A stretch of 64,000 nucleotides of DNA from Yuukianura sp. NJ FZ-2021 (GCA_046563655.1 CM102289.1:186001-250000), one strand, 5' to 3'; shown: positions 11,701 through 25,400, counted from the first letter of the stretch. Program-made: numbers and translations. The notes: a model not told the origin generated them from the letters alone.

Positions 11701-13540
11701 TTATGTATTTATATATAACATATAATTCATATATTTAAATGACAATTGATAATTTGAAGGGTAATTCTGAGGAGGGGAAGAGTTCGTACATTTTGGCCGT
11801 GATGCTGGGGCTAGGCTACGATCTTATTCTGGACCACCGTGACGAAACTACCAGCATCTGTGGACTCAACCTCAAAAGTAAGTATTTTAATAGTGTTTAG
11901 GTTAAAAGAAAAAGACAGGATTTGAGAGGTATGAAGGTAGCTCAAGGGTGAGGGCGATTACGCCGGACTGGTAGAGTTGTGTTCGAATCCCGCTCCAGCC
12001 AAGTTTTTTTCTCTCACTTTCTTCCAATATAGTCGGTGCAAACCGAATGTGCATCGATTTCAAATATTTTGATGTTATGATATAACTTATTGTGATATAT
12101 TTTAATGATTTGTGACTAGATGCCATTAGTGATGGGAAGGAGTTTGGTTCCGTTGAGCTGACTGTGTCTCTTCGTGCCTTTCCTCAGCTCCAGAAAGACT
12201 TTGGATCCCAAATCAAGTTTTCCAGAAGAATCGAACGCAGAAACCCACAACTGTCCAATGTGATTGCCATCACTTCAGCCGATCCTCGTCCGCAGTTCAA
12301 ACAAGCTCATCCAAAAGTTTTCAACGGAAAGGACCTCACTAATTTCTTACCAAAACTCAAATTGTCTCCGGAAAGACTCCGCCTCATGCTGCTCGACGGG
12401 GAAAATGTCAAGTACTTCATGGACAACACACAGTTGTGGTAATGCAACCTTGGAATTTATTATTATATTATTATTTATTTTATCATATTATTATTATATT
12501 GTTATTGGCAAGGTATGTGCTGTTTGAGGCTGCTGTGGAAGAATCAGATATTGATGCAGTACAGAAAACAAATGAAACTCAGTTTCTGCTCGAAAGACTG
12601 GATGGGAAGGAGAAGCTTCAACGAGAGGTACTGGATTGGAGATCAAAATATTTGGAAATTTTGAAGATTTTTGAAAATTCATGTTTTTTGAAACAGCGTT
12701 TGGAATGGTTTCAATCTCGGTTGGGCCTGCGACCTCCAGTGGATTCTGAGAAAATCAGGCAAGTGAGTGAAGAGGACTGGACGAATCATCGGAAATGCAC
12801 TACAGAACTGAATCAGTTGGCCAATGAGAGAAAAGTATTTTTTTTTAAATTTAACAGAATGGAAAGTGTGCAGAATTTGTAATTTGAATTTAATTTTTGC
12901 AGGAGTTGGAACAGAAGTTGGCCAACTATGCTCAGCAGTCCCGCGATAGTGTTGGTGGTTATATTCAGAAGATGCGCTCAATCTTTCATAAATTCTTGGA
13001 TCTCCTCAACTACCACGTAAGTTTTTACAAATAAAGTTCTTTTTCTAACAATTTGGAAAAATTTAAATTACGAAAAGAAAAGGAAATTTCGAAAAAATTG
13101 AATCAAATGTTGTGGATTTCTGTAAGCAGGGCGAAATTATGGTTTGCGAGAGATCCCGTAGTCTGGCAATCTGTATCTGGAAAGCAGACTCGAAAGAAGT
13201 TAGACCAACTACACTGTAAGTACTAGTGTTGATGTAACTAGTGTTGATGTAATTTGTGTTGATATAATAAGTGTTGATGTAACTTTGTGATTGTAGTGAG
13301 GGTGTGGATGGGATGTGGAGGACTTTGTCTAACGGTAAGCGTCGGATCGCTGTGATTGGGCTGTACCTGGCTTTGTGGGAGATTTCTTGCTACTTGGGGA
13401 TTGTTGCAGCAGACGCCTTCAGTTGCACGGAGGCTGACTTCCATGTGCCCCCTGCAGCCCTTCCAGTCCTCTGGGACTTGGTCAACAGGAAATGCCTCGA
13501 ACAGAAGCAGTGCATCGTCAGTCTCCCACCGGAGTACTGA
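8737..13540 (+). CDS. C2H2 zinc-finger protein (8 fingers) fused to a degenerate, hinge-less SMC6/SMC5-like ABC-ATPase head (13 exons)
   Basis: All 12 GT-AG junctions keep frame. Four pairs of C-x2-C...H-x3-H fingers. Walker A-like GNSEEGKSSYILAVMLGLG (11760-11816), LKNAISDGKEFGSVELTV, signature-like LSNGKRRIAVIGLYLALWE (from 13325). Confidence 0.75.
11926..12012 (+). repeat. tRNA-derived SINE-like head in an intron
   Basis: A-box-like TAGCTCAAGGG, B box GTTCGAATCCCGCT, then a T run; related to the element at 5905-5985. Confidence 0.5.
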
Positions 13541-14348
13541 ACTACACCAAATGGCAACAACTATACATTAGGATAAGAGCTTATCTCGGGATAAAGGTAT
13601 CTCAGCATAAGCAGAAGGAGGTATATCTCCTTATCTAAACTTAACTAACTCTAATTACGTCCTTAACTTATTCAACTAGGCTTTTTTGTAACAAATCTAT
13701 AAATTGTAATAATTTTCTTCCAATTTTGTAAATCTAACTCATGTCTGCTATTGTTATCTAAAATTAATATTGAAATTCCTGTTGTAAAGTAATCCAAAGT
13801 TAAGCAATTGCGTGTCAACGGGTCAAATTTTCATTTTGTAGCTTTGTATTATGAGATGTCAATATTAAATTGTTTATTACTACTTTATAGAACTTTTACT
13901 AAGAAAATCCTTCTTAGCTACATAATAAATTGGTGGTTTTATTTAAAGCTTAAGTGGCACATGAACATTTTCACAAATATTTTTTGAATTTTTTCCTAAA
14001 TTCGCGACATTTGAAATCCAGAGAGTTTTGGGAAAATTTTGAATGTAAATTTTTAATCTGCGTCGATGGAGTTGTTGTCATGGAAATAAATTTGTGTTGG
14101 AAAGTTGTTTGTTTGTATAGTTGTGACTGGGTTGTACATTCTACTGTACTGAATTCCTGTAACCGCGGTAAACATTTCATCTTTTACTTCAAACTTGACC
14201 AATCCAAGGAACTTAAATTTGTATAGTTTAATTCTCTTTGTATGTTTACTTTATTACAATTTAATTTGTGTAGATAATAAAAACATGGTAGAGCATTTCC
14301 GTAGTTGCAATCCAATTAATACAAAATTAAATAAAAACAGTCCTTTTG

Positions 14349-15002
14349 TTATTGGGTAGCACAGAGGAGGCAGTCCGCCGCTCCTAAAATTTAAGCAAAA
14401 ATATATATTCAATAATTATATATTCATTTATTCAGGTATATATTTAAATATGTTCACTATTTTTTAAATTTTAGTCAACATTAACTTTCACTCCTACCGT
14501 ATTTCCCGCCGCCGTGCCCTTCTGGCAATCCTAAAAATTTAAAAACAGATATATTTAAAACCAAAGCAATTCAAAAAAGTTTTAAGAAATTTACTTGTGT
14601 AATATGAGCTAAGTGTAACTCTCTTTTCTAGTTTTTTAAAAATTCAAACTTTGAAGTAAGTTTTAAATGTGTGAACTTTGACCTTTGACCGGTCCGTTGA
14701 ACTTTGAGTACTCTCCGAGACTTGTGTCCACTCCAAATGGATAGGACTCTCCCGTTCTGACGTTCCGTTGTGCCTCCACAGTATAAATTAAGCAAATTGC
14801 GATGAACAACAAAAACAACAATTGACGGATCATTTTGAAATTGAGTACGCAAGAGCAGAAGCGGAAGTGGACAAATGAAATGTCTTCTGATCAATGAACT
14901 TCCTGTGCTGAGTGGTGAGTCACTTAAATACAGTTGCGCAGAAGGAAGGAAATGAAGCATGGATTGCGCAAGAGTCCAAGTGCCCAACCTCCAAGCAGCC
15001 AC
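14349..15002 (-). CDS. Possible small multi-exon gene or pseudogene of unknown function; 5' end unresolved
   Basis: Short GC-richer blocks with splice signals can be joined as ...VLKVQRTEKRVTLSSYYTRLPEGHGGGKYGAADCLLCATQ*; no recognised family. Confidence 0.25.
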
Positions 15003-15994
15003 TTCACACGACTCAATTTAAATTTGGAAGTGCTAATTAAGTTTGGGATGAGATTCTTTCCGTGTCTTCTGAGCCACATGTAGGACAAGGTAATTCTGGG
15101 ATTACTTTGACCTAACACACCAAACGACCATCAACATTCACTAAAAACTTCAATTAAACTTTTAACTACTCAGCACAACATTCAAAATACTATCAAATAG
15201 TACTTTTCAAAAAGTACTTTTCAAAACATTCCAAAATAACACTCAGATTTAGTACTTCTCGAAATATTTTATGTTTATTGGTAATAGTATTTTCAAAATT
15301 ACAGTTTTTCAAATTTTCCAGACGGTTTGACAGGTCTACAAAGTCAATTTATTATATGAAATTGAATAGAAAATAATGAAAATATAGTAAAAATATATTT
15401 GTAAATTATTTCCTTAAAATTCAAGGAGCATATTACCCCAAAAATTTCGGAAAACCTGTTTTTGACTTCCCTTCAAACAGTTTCTCACGCCCAAGCACAA
15501 AAGTGTGCCAAAAACTTGCTGATTACACTTTTTTGCATTGTGGATGTGAACCACAACAAATCGGAAGTCACAACAAAATTACAGTCATTTTTGTAATCAA
15601 CTGCACATCCGCGTTAGATCAAAGACAAAAATAGGGAAAGTTTCAAAACACTTTTTTTGCACTTTGATTGTTCATTAAAAGGCTTATGCAAAAAAGATAC
15701 AACCACAATGAGTACAATGTATAAAAAAAAACATGAAATTTTACAGTTTCATTGATACTTTGATGGTCATATCAATTTTATTCCACTTTTCGGAAAAAAG
15801 AATATGACAGTAAATCGACTATAGACTTTTAATGAAAGTAGCGAAAGATTCCATAATTTACGCACCAGGAATCTGATTTCTAGGAATCTGACGAATCCGA
15901 CTTTTAGTCAGCCCCTATCGCAATTTATATTGGGAGTAGGGTTAGCATAAGCTTAGAACACAATCATTGCAATCACACGGTGTATCCGTCGCTG

Positions 15995-16142
15995 CCCTCT
16001 TTTGTAGCTACAGTAAATGGCTATGTTTGGGTGGCAACTAATGTAGCCACTTTAATTTAATGTAAAACAACCTAAATTGGCCTCATAAATTGCCACAAGA
16101 GATAGTCAATGCGTCAATGCTTATCCGCAACGTGGCTACAAT
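15995..16142 (+). promoter_or_regulatory. GTGGCWAC/GTWGCCAC motif cluster upstream of rogdi
   Basis: Homologous to the reverse complement of 43495-43550. Confidence 0.45.
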
Positions 16143-16271
16143 AAATGTCGTTAAACCTTAGTTCAAGCGTCAGCTGGTCTTAAATTAAAGTTGGCTTTGC
16201 CATTGTTTTTTAATCGATTTTTCAAGGTTTTTTAAACTGGCAGTGTTGCCCTTTGACCTCTGATCTTTACA

Positions 16272-17244
16272 ATGACGGATCCGGAGAAGTGGGAACTATT
16301 GGCATTGGTAAGTCTCTAATCGTTTAACCAACGTTCTAGCTTGTTTATGCAGACTGTTAAAAACGTTTAAATTTCATGATTTTACAGCAACAAGAATTCG
16401 ACTGGATTCTACAACACCAAGTTCCGTTATCCCTGAGTGGTCTGAGCCTAGTAGTTGAGGTAATTCATAAAATACAGTCAGTATGACCTTTTGACCTTTG
16501 CAATGTAAGTGACAGAGTTAACTAACATATAGATTGTGTTTAACGTAGGAATGTGCTCGTCATTTTCCGATGCCAGTGGGCGGACTGCTGACTCCTCTCA
16601 AACTGGACAAGTTCGTGTTGGCCACAGCGTCTCACAATGCTCTGGACACGATAAAGTGCACAGCCACCATACTTGGAGACAACATCACGAATGCAGACAT
16701 CACGATTAAGCTGAGCAAATGTCCCACTCAGATTCACTCTATTCTGCAGGCGGAATGGAAGTTACAGCAAGTCCAGGACTCTGCCAACCATCTCCAGAAC
16801 TGTCTTCACTTTCTCCAGGCAACTCTGGAGGATCCTGTCAAGTCTGCCGAAGAGGCACTCTACACTCTCAACAGAATCATCAGTTGTCTCCACAAAGGCA
16901 GAAATGCACTCATCATTCCTAAGAAAAGGACGATCGACGAACTGATCTCGAGTCGCAACATGAAGTCACTCCTGCCCGCCCTCCCACAAGACGTTGCAGT
17001 CAGTTTCTACATCCAGGCACATAAGTTAGTATTTGCTGTTTATGTGATGGTCCAGGCACAGGGCGATGTGAAGTTCGACTGTTTTCAGACAGAGTGCTGC
17101 GTCCCGTGGCTCAGCGACGTGCTGCTGCAGTATGCCGATGCACTGCAACTCTGTCAACAACTAAAAGATAAGATACTCGTGTTTTCGCAGTATAAAGATG
17201 GGAATCTCCTGGGATCTCAGTGTGCTTCTCCTGACCCCTGGTAA
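16272..17244 (+). CDS. rogdi: Protein rogdi homolog (3 exons)
   Basis: QQEFDWIL...ECARHFP; WKLQQVQDSANHL; PKKRTIDELISSRNMKSLLPALPQDVAVSFYIQAHKLVFAVY; VPWLSDVL; LCQQLKDKILVF. Confidence 0.93.
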
Positions 17245-17911
17245 ATGTCAGGTCAAAGGTCAATTTTTTAGTATTTTTGGACACAGTGATGTCTATTGTG
17301 TCCAAATTGTAGCAATAACTTTTAGTTTAATTTAAGTAGACCGTGGCTGTTGAATGTTATGAAAATGTTAGCGTCTAGTTTTTAAATCCACTTGAGTTTT
17401 AAGCATTCCAGAATCTGTACAAAGTAGACGTTAGTTGAGCCAAGTGATGAACGATTAGACAACTATGCTCTGCTCTGTGTGAATAAAATGATGAATTTCA
17501 GAAACAGACGCGTTTTTTACAGAACCTGTTTTTTCTTTCAATTTGGGATGTTTCGCATTTCGGTTTTTCTAAATTACACTCATATTTGTTATGACTAAAT
17601 TTTGGCGGAAGCTTAAGAAAGTACAAGGTTTCACTCTTTATTGAAAAGGAGTCTAAAAATATCCAGAAACAGTTGGATTTTGAGCATCAAAGGATACTTC
17701 TGTTGAAAAATGAAAGAAAAAACTTCAAAATCGTTAAAATGTCTTCTTTTTTCTAAACTTTTTTTTGCAACTTTGAAATCCCCCATTTGTTCATTCTACC
17801 AGAAGCAATTCTGCGGTGCCCTCATTCGCTAATTTGTAGTCGACAAAGTCAAAACATTTCTGTACCTTCTCAAACTTTTTGAAAACCTTTTTAAAAAAAG
17901 AGTTTTCGAAA

Positions 17912-18754
17912 ATGGTAAGTTTTTGAAATTCCACTTTTAATAATTGTGGGAAAAAAGTTTCATTAGGCGTTGATTATTAAATTTTGTTGTTTGCAGTCGG
18001 ATTTGGACAAGGAACAAATTGCAAGTAAGTCTTTGGTTTTAGAAAGTGTTTTTTTAATATTTTTTTTTAATTTAGAATTTGTTTATTGAATTTTGTTTTA
18101 GTTTTGCGGAAAGCGTTTGACAGTTTTGCTCAGGGGAAAGATTACATCACACCTGAAATGGTGGGATCTATTTTGCGAATGATGGGAACAGCATTCACAA
18201 CGGAAACGCTCAAGGAGACTATCGCTGAAGTGGACGAAGATGGTACTTGTGATTTAAATTTCAATTTTTTGATTTAAATAAAATTATTTTTTAAATTTTG
18301 GTTGAGGTTCTGGCCAAATTGAGTTTGCTGAATTTTGTACTCTGGCTGCCAAGTTCATCATTGAGGAAGACGACGCTGACGTGGCACGAGAATTGAAAGA
18401 AGCCTTCCGACTCTACGACAAAGAAGGTATGCTTACCAAAATGGATTTTTTAAATTTTTTCAAATTTTGCTTAAAATTTGTGAATCCTGCGCTCAGGACA
18501 AGGATTCATCAGTACCAAAATTTTGAAACAAATTCTGCACGAAATTGATGAGAACTTGACAGACACTGAACTGGACGGAATCATCGAGGAAGTGGACGAA
18601 GACGGATCAGGAACTGTGGACTTTGACGGTACAATTAAAAAATTAATTAAACTTAATGTTAATTAAGTTGTCTATTAATTAATTTATATATTATTTACTA
18701 CATGTATTATATTATTTTAATTTTGCAGAGTTCATGGAGATGATGACAGGTTGA
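17912..18754 (+). CDS. TpnC: Troponin C (invertebrate type, EF-hand)
   Basis: ATG-only first coding exon; LRKAFDSF...[69 protein letters not shown]. Confidence 0.93.
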
Positions 18755-19049
18755 AGGAGTCTTGGGAATTGGGACCTTACCTCTCCGCTTTTTAAAAACC
18801 ACCCTCTGTTCTGAACATGTTGAAACTTTAGAACTAGACTTTTAGAACAAAATATAAGGAAGAATTGAATCATAGCATACCGTCTCCTCACTCCAACATG
18901 TAACACGTTGTGTCAAAATAAGAAAACTCAAATTATTTACATCATTTCATGTCCACATGTATGTGTTTTATTGTAGTGTCCACATGTATGTGTCTACCTT
19001 GGTACGTAATAAGTTAGACTAACTTGACGTAACCTTACGCAGGAGTAGG

Positions 19050-19797
19050 TTAGTTGACGCAAATTATTCCTGGAACTGGACCTGGAGATACGAGGGGACA
19101 AATAGTATTGGAGTTCATGGGAACTGGACCGGTTGCTGGACAAGTGACGGCGGTGCACTGTGGACATGTCGTCGTTAGGTAGCACGGCAGTCCGGCAGAT
19201 CCACCTCCACTCGCTGCTACACAGCGCATGGCTTCAAGTGCGGTTGCATCCCCACATGTCTCTGGACACCACCTTCTGCAGCAGTTAGCAGGAGTTGCAC
19301 ATGGAGGCAAAGTCGTCTGCCGGGCGGGAACTACGGTTCCAAATCTGATCGGTACGAAGTACCCTACAAAAAAATATAAACATTTCCGTTCCGCACTCAA
19401 ATTTTACGAAATTTACTGGGTTCGATTTCCTTCTTCGAGTATTCCTGCAATCCAAAAAGTATACAATATAGCAACGTCCTTTTCAGAACGAATTTGATTT
19501 TCAAAATTTGACCTACCCGTTCTCCAAAATTGTCACCTGAAAAAAAAAGAAAACTAAGAACAGTTTAATGCCACAAACTTTGTTCAATTTTTTTAATCTA
19601 AAGGTACCTGTAGCTGAAGATTCATTGAATACGGGATTCTTCGCTGCCAAATTCTAGAAAACTCAAAATTATAAACAAGTTTGAATTTTTGAAAATTTTG
19701 GAAGGAATGAATAACTTACCGGGATGCTGCATAACAACATGCAAAATACCGCAAACGTTTTTGAGGTCAAACAAATTTCGGACTTGTAAAGTGGCAT
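19050..19797 (-). CDS. Secreted Cys/Pro-rich protein, several small exons
   Basis: N-terminal hydrophobic segment FAVFCMLLCSI; last exon CATPANCCRRWCPETCG...CYLTTTCPQCTAVTCP...GIICVN*. Confidence 0.65.
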
Positions 19798-20173
19798 TTT
19801 AGTACGTGAAAATTATTCGTTTTTAATTTAAAAGTTTAACTTTAATGTGTTGTTAACTTTAATGAATTTTCATTTCATCCTTAGCTTTATATAAGACTGC
19901 GATAACCAAAAATTTGTTTTAGGTTTGGTTTTGCTTCGTCGACCTCACTGTGAGCAGAATGCGAAACTAGGTCGAGGTCATATTCGAGACTGCTTTTGAG
20001 CGGGGAATTCCAAATTTTGAAACCACACTCCAATGCCACTTTGAATTTGTAAGTAGGTTATGGCCTTTGTTTTCAGGTCGTTTCCAGTTTTTCAAAATGA
20101 TTTCGTTAGTTTCATTCAACTTCTCCAAAGATTAGTTAAATTTTAATTTAAATTATGGCTGTTTTTTGAGAGT

Positions 20174-21744
20174 TTAAAAAATGAAGTTGAGGAGAGACGG
20201 TCTGTAGAATGTGACTGGGCGACCATTGAGTGGCTGAAGTGGTCGGTAGTTGTAGTTGGACATTTCTGAGTTCCTGAGCTGTCTGAACTCATTCATCTAA
20301 AATAATATGTTAATTAATAAAATGATAAAACTAATATAATTATTTAGTATACTTGTAGTTCTGAAATGTAGACAGGGTCTAGAAATACACTCCAAACTAC
20401 AATTTCGTCACAAGACGGCGTGGTGAGGGAGCCGTAGTAACGAGCGAACTTTGATTTTGCCCAATTGGGGTAAAGGGCGGCAATGTTCAAATCCATTTCA
20501 AATCCAGTCACTTCTCCTGGGAAAGTCAGTTTAGTCACAGACTCTACTATAGGACGCATGTACACGTTTTCATGCGGACCAACCTGAAATTTCATAATTT
20601 AAAAAAAAAACAAAAAAAAAAAGTTTTCAAAAAATAATTTTGGGAACTTTTACGTCGAAAAATACGGCCATGACTGCAATGGCTGCACGATCATGCATAG
20701 AGTTCATTGCTTCTTTGAAACTTGCGTACTTGGATCGGTAGTGCACAACGTGCAACTCCATTGGAAATCTGCAAATGTAGATTATACGCATGAACTTTGT
20801 ATTATTTGCAGATTGTTTTTGTATTGCACGCAGGTTGTTTTGTATTGTAAGAAGTTGTATTTTGTATTGTAAGCAGATTAGGTTGTATTGTGCGCATGTT
20901 TACCTACTTGTGGCCATTGAGTGTATGTTCAGATCCATCTTCATTCGTTTCCCCCCAGTGGAAGTGGAGTTGTGCAAATTTGTAGCTGTCTCCAAGGCCA
21001 CCACCGGAAATACGCAGGTCACTCATCAGAGCATCAGTATGTGGAGTCAGTTCAAATTGAACTTTGAAAAACATGAAAATTTTGAACTTTTTTTTCACAA
21101 TTAAAAACTAGAAATTAAAACCTGTATGTCCGTTGTTTTGGGCGAAGTAGTGATGCAATACTTTTCTTTTATATTTTGAATTCAGTTGAAACGACCGCCT
21201 TTTTTCTGTGCCTAGCAACCCCAACGGCGCATGAGTTTGAATGTCAATGGGCGACTGTTCTAGTCCTGTTAAGCAAACGCCTTGCCACGCATCTGGACCA
21301 CACTTTGGATCGTCGTAACAAAAACTTGAAGCTAAAAGTGTAAAATTTGACTTTTTTTTTAACTTTTCAAGTTTGAGCTATTTTTCAGTTTTTACCTTCC
21401 GGTAGTCCGTTTTTGGTGTCTAGATTTGTCATCTCTGAGAGATCATTTGTAGAGGCAAAACGCCGTTTAATTCTCTTTTCTTTTCCATCATTTATCAAAG
21501 AGTTTCCTATCAAAGCTACTCCTAAACTAAGCAAGCTGAAATTTTAAAAATTCAATTTTTCAAGTCTTCAAAATTTCAAATTTTCAAAAAAGATATTTTT
21601 GTTAACTTACTGAATAGCTGCTACGTAGATGAGTTGATTTTGGCGCCTCTTTTCAATGTTCGACTTTGAATTGCGTAAGTGTGGAACAAAATGTAGGGAT
21701 TCGGAATGTCTTTGTAAAAATTCACCACCGGAAACTGCCAACAT
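20174..21744 (-). CDS. Alpha-carbonic anhydrase with N-terminal signal/anchor
   Basis: GPDAW..QSPIDI; Zn ligands QLHFHWG...GSEH...[37 protein letters not shown]. Confidence 0.93.
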
Positions 21745-22465
21745 CTTAATTTGAGAACAAATGAAAAGTGGAAATCAAGAAATCAAAAGTGAAAACACCT
21801 CTCAACTTTTTTTTTTCTAAAAAAGTAGGTCACAATGCAAGTAGCTTTAAGGAAAAGTGGCAATTTTCATTGAACTTGAAGCATGAACTCAATTTGATTT
21901 CCAACTATTGTGAAACTTGTTTTACTCTGATTAATGAAGCACTCGATAACTAATTAGTAATTACTAAATGTAACTATAATTATATTTTTCAATAGTATGA
22001 ATCATAACTTAACTAAAACATTATCTTAGTTGTGGTTAGGTCAGTTAATTTAGGTGTAACATACTAACCTCCTTTTAAATTTTTTTAACTAATTTAAACT
22101 TTGAAATTAAAAATTTAAATGCTTTCTACTAACTTTAAACTAACCTTACTTTTTTCAAACTTTGAAAATTAAAATAACACTTGTACACATTCAAAAAGGA
22201 CAGTGACGTCTCCAACAGAAGTTGAAATTCTGTTTTCCAAAAAGTTCACATATTTTTTGCAGAAAACCAAAAAAAAATAAGTGTTGTAAACTTATAAATT
22301 TGCCAAGTTTTCATTTTCTGAAATTTCTCTCGTCGTATTCTACACAGATGAATCGGTGTTTTTCAACTCAAAACGCCACGGAAAATGACCAAAAATCGGT
22401 GTCTAAAAGAATACAAACTTCGAGCATATTTGTTCAAACTCCGATAAATAACAAAAACAACAACA

Positions 22466-25400
22466 ATGTCAGTGGCAGTAGAAGAACCAATCAGTACTTT
22501 GCTGCATTTGCAGGTATGTTTTCAAAATTTTCAAAATTATTTGGGAAGTTTAGTTTTGAATTTTGAAATTTCAGGAAACACTTTGGCTTTGGGTTTTGGA
22601 ACGATGTTTGCATGGTCTGGCACGGCTTGGCCAAGTATAAGAGACAGTGGAGACATTGGAAAGACTTCGTCAGAGCAAGAGTCCTGGATTGGGTCCATCA
22701 TTATTGTTAAGTTTCAAATTTCAAAATTTTGTGAAATTTCGACTTTTCCTAATTTCGGTTTCAAAAAATTGTAGCTGGGTGCTCTTCTGTCTGGTTTCGT
22801 CACTGGGAATTTAAATGAGAAATATGGACGGCGAAAAGTGATGCTGGGACTCACCTTTCCGTGTCTCTTTGGGTGGATGATAATTCTGTTTGCTCAAAAT
22901 TTTACCATGATTTGTATCGGGAGGTTGCTCACTGGTAAATTTTTCAAAATTTTCAAAATTTTGAATTTCCTGTCGAGAAATTCATTTACACTTAACTATA
23001 GGATTTGCTGGAGGAGCAAGTTCCTTAGTAGTACCGATCTACATTGCTGAAATTTCGGATCCCGACATTCGCGGAACTCTTTTGGCGGGCTACGATTTCG
23101 GAATTGCTTTTGGATTTCTGTACATGTAAGGCTTAAAAAAACGAAATCACAAAATTTCAAAAAACAAAATGAAAAACAATTTTTCACTTCTTTTAAAGTG
23201 CTGCCCTCGGTTCGTTTTTTTCCTGGAAAGTTCAAGTGGTTGCCTGTGCCACTCTGGCAGTAGTTTCGCATGCTCTCATCACGTTGATTCCGGAATCCCC
23301 GCGCTTTTTAGTTTCCAGTGGCGACTGCACAGGAGCACTCAAATCGCTGGGCTACTTTCATCCTCAGTCGACCACTTTGGAACACAAACTCCAAGTCATC
23401 AAACAAAGTTTTCCAGGCAACGGTAAAAAACGACTTTTTCAAAATTTAATACTTTCAAATTCATAAAATTTTTAAAAAGTTGAAAAACTTTCTCTCTTTA
23501 ACAAAGTTGAGCGTCGAATGAGTGTGACGAGTGTGGCTAGAGGTGTTACGTGCAAGGATTTGCTCAAACCTGAAATTTTGAAGCCATGCGCAGTGGCAGT
23601 CATGATTCATCTGCTCAGCTCATTCTCAGCTGAAATCCCCATTTCAGCATACACTGTCGACATTTTTCAATCAACCGCCATCAAATTTGACGCTTACTAC
23701 GCAACTGTAGTCATCGCAGTCATAGATGTGGTCAGTTTTTCCAAATCAAAACCAAAATCTGTATTTTTTCAATTTCACAAATTCCAAAAACCACAATTTC
23801 CAAATTTTTACAAACTTCAAATTTTTTCATATTGCTATTACCCTCAATTTTCAAATTTTACATACCGTATTTTCCCTAATAGTACACCATACCTAAATAG
23901 TACACCAGGTCCCTAATAGTACACCAGGTCCAGGGGCCGAAAAATTAATTAGTACACCGTCCCAAATAGTACACCAGGTCTCTAATAGTACACCAGGGTC
24001 TTTGGTAATGTAGCATTAGGAGTATAACACCCGGAGAAGGTAGTTGAGCTAGTAATATTATAGCTCTTCATTTGTTGTGTTTATCTCCACGTTACTTCTC
24101 TCCAGATTGTTTTACTTAACATTCGTATTCTTACTTAAAATGTCTCCCAACAAAAAAAATCATTTGACCTGGAGTTCAAATTGAAAGTATTGAAATTGGC
24201 CAAGGATAAATCAAGTTCTGCAGCAGCTAAAGAATACAACATTGATCGACAGAGTATTCGGACATGGATTAGAAAGGAAAATGCTTTAGGTGAGTAATTA
24301 TTGTAAATAAAATTTTTTTTCCTCATTATTTCGTTCGTACTGAAACAGTATTTTGTTTATAGTGTCAAACGTGAAATCATCCAAGGTCAAACACAAAAGG
24401 TTGATCGGCGGTGGACGGAAACGATTGATCCCTGAGTTGGATGATTCACTCTTTTACTGGATTACGGATTGGATAACGGAAACAGAACGAAGATCGAACC
24501 ATCACAAATTATTGCAATGGACGAAACCAGTCTGTTGTTCGACATGCTGAGCAACACAACAATTGCTCCAACTAGATCTAAAACTGTTCAACTAAAGTCG
24601 ACTGGAAATGAGAAGGCACACGCTACGCTTGTTCTAGCGGCCAAAGGTGACGGAACAAAGCTGAAACCATTCATCGTTTTCGTTAACAGGGAATTCGAGA
24701 GGTAGCGAAGCTTCAAACTGACACTGGGATCGTAATTCGTAGCAGTTCAAATGGTTGGATGAACGATGATCTGACCTGTGACTGGTTGAAAACTGTGTTA
24801 ATTGACTCAAGTGGAGAAGAAGAATACGAGTTGGACACTGTGGATACGGATTCTGAAAACGAAGTGGAGTAGTTTTTAGTAATTTAGAAGTTATTTTCTC
24901 CTGATTCCTAAACGTTTTAGTTAAGAATAAAATCCTCATTCTTAAAAAATTAATTAGTACACCGTCTCTAATAATACACCAGGTCCCTAATAGTACACCA
25001 CCCCCAGAAGTCGAAAACAAAATTAGTACACCAGGTGTACTATTTGGGAAAATACGGTAATGCGATACCCACAATTTTCAAATTTTAGGAACTTTGAAGA
25101 ACAAATTTTTAGTTTTTTTTTAAATTGTGCAGGTGTCGGCACTAATTGCTGCTGTTGTTGTTGATCGTTTTGGTCGTCGTCCTCTTCTGCTCTTTTCGCA
25201 ACTGACGATGACCTTGTCTCTGGCCTCCACCGCAACTTTCTTCTGGGTCAAAGAGGTCAACGGTGGAGTTCCTCCGGCGCAACTCCAGTGGCTTCCCATC
25301 ACAAGTCTATCTCTTTTTGTGTTTTCATTTTCAATCGGCACTGGACCAGTCTCTTACATGATCACTGCAGAAATTCTGCCGCCGGAGGCAAAAGGTAAAC

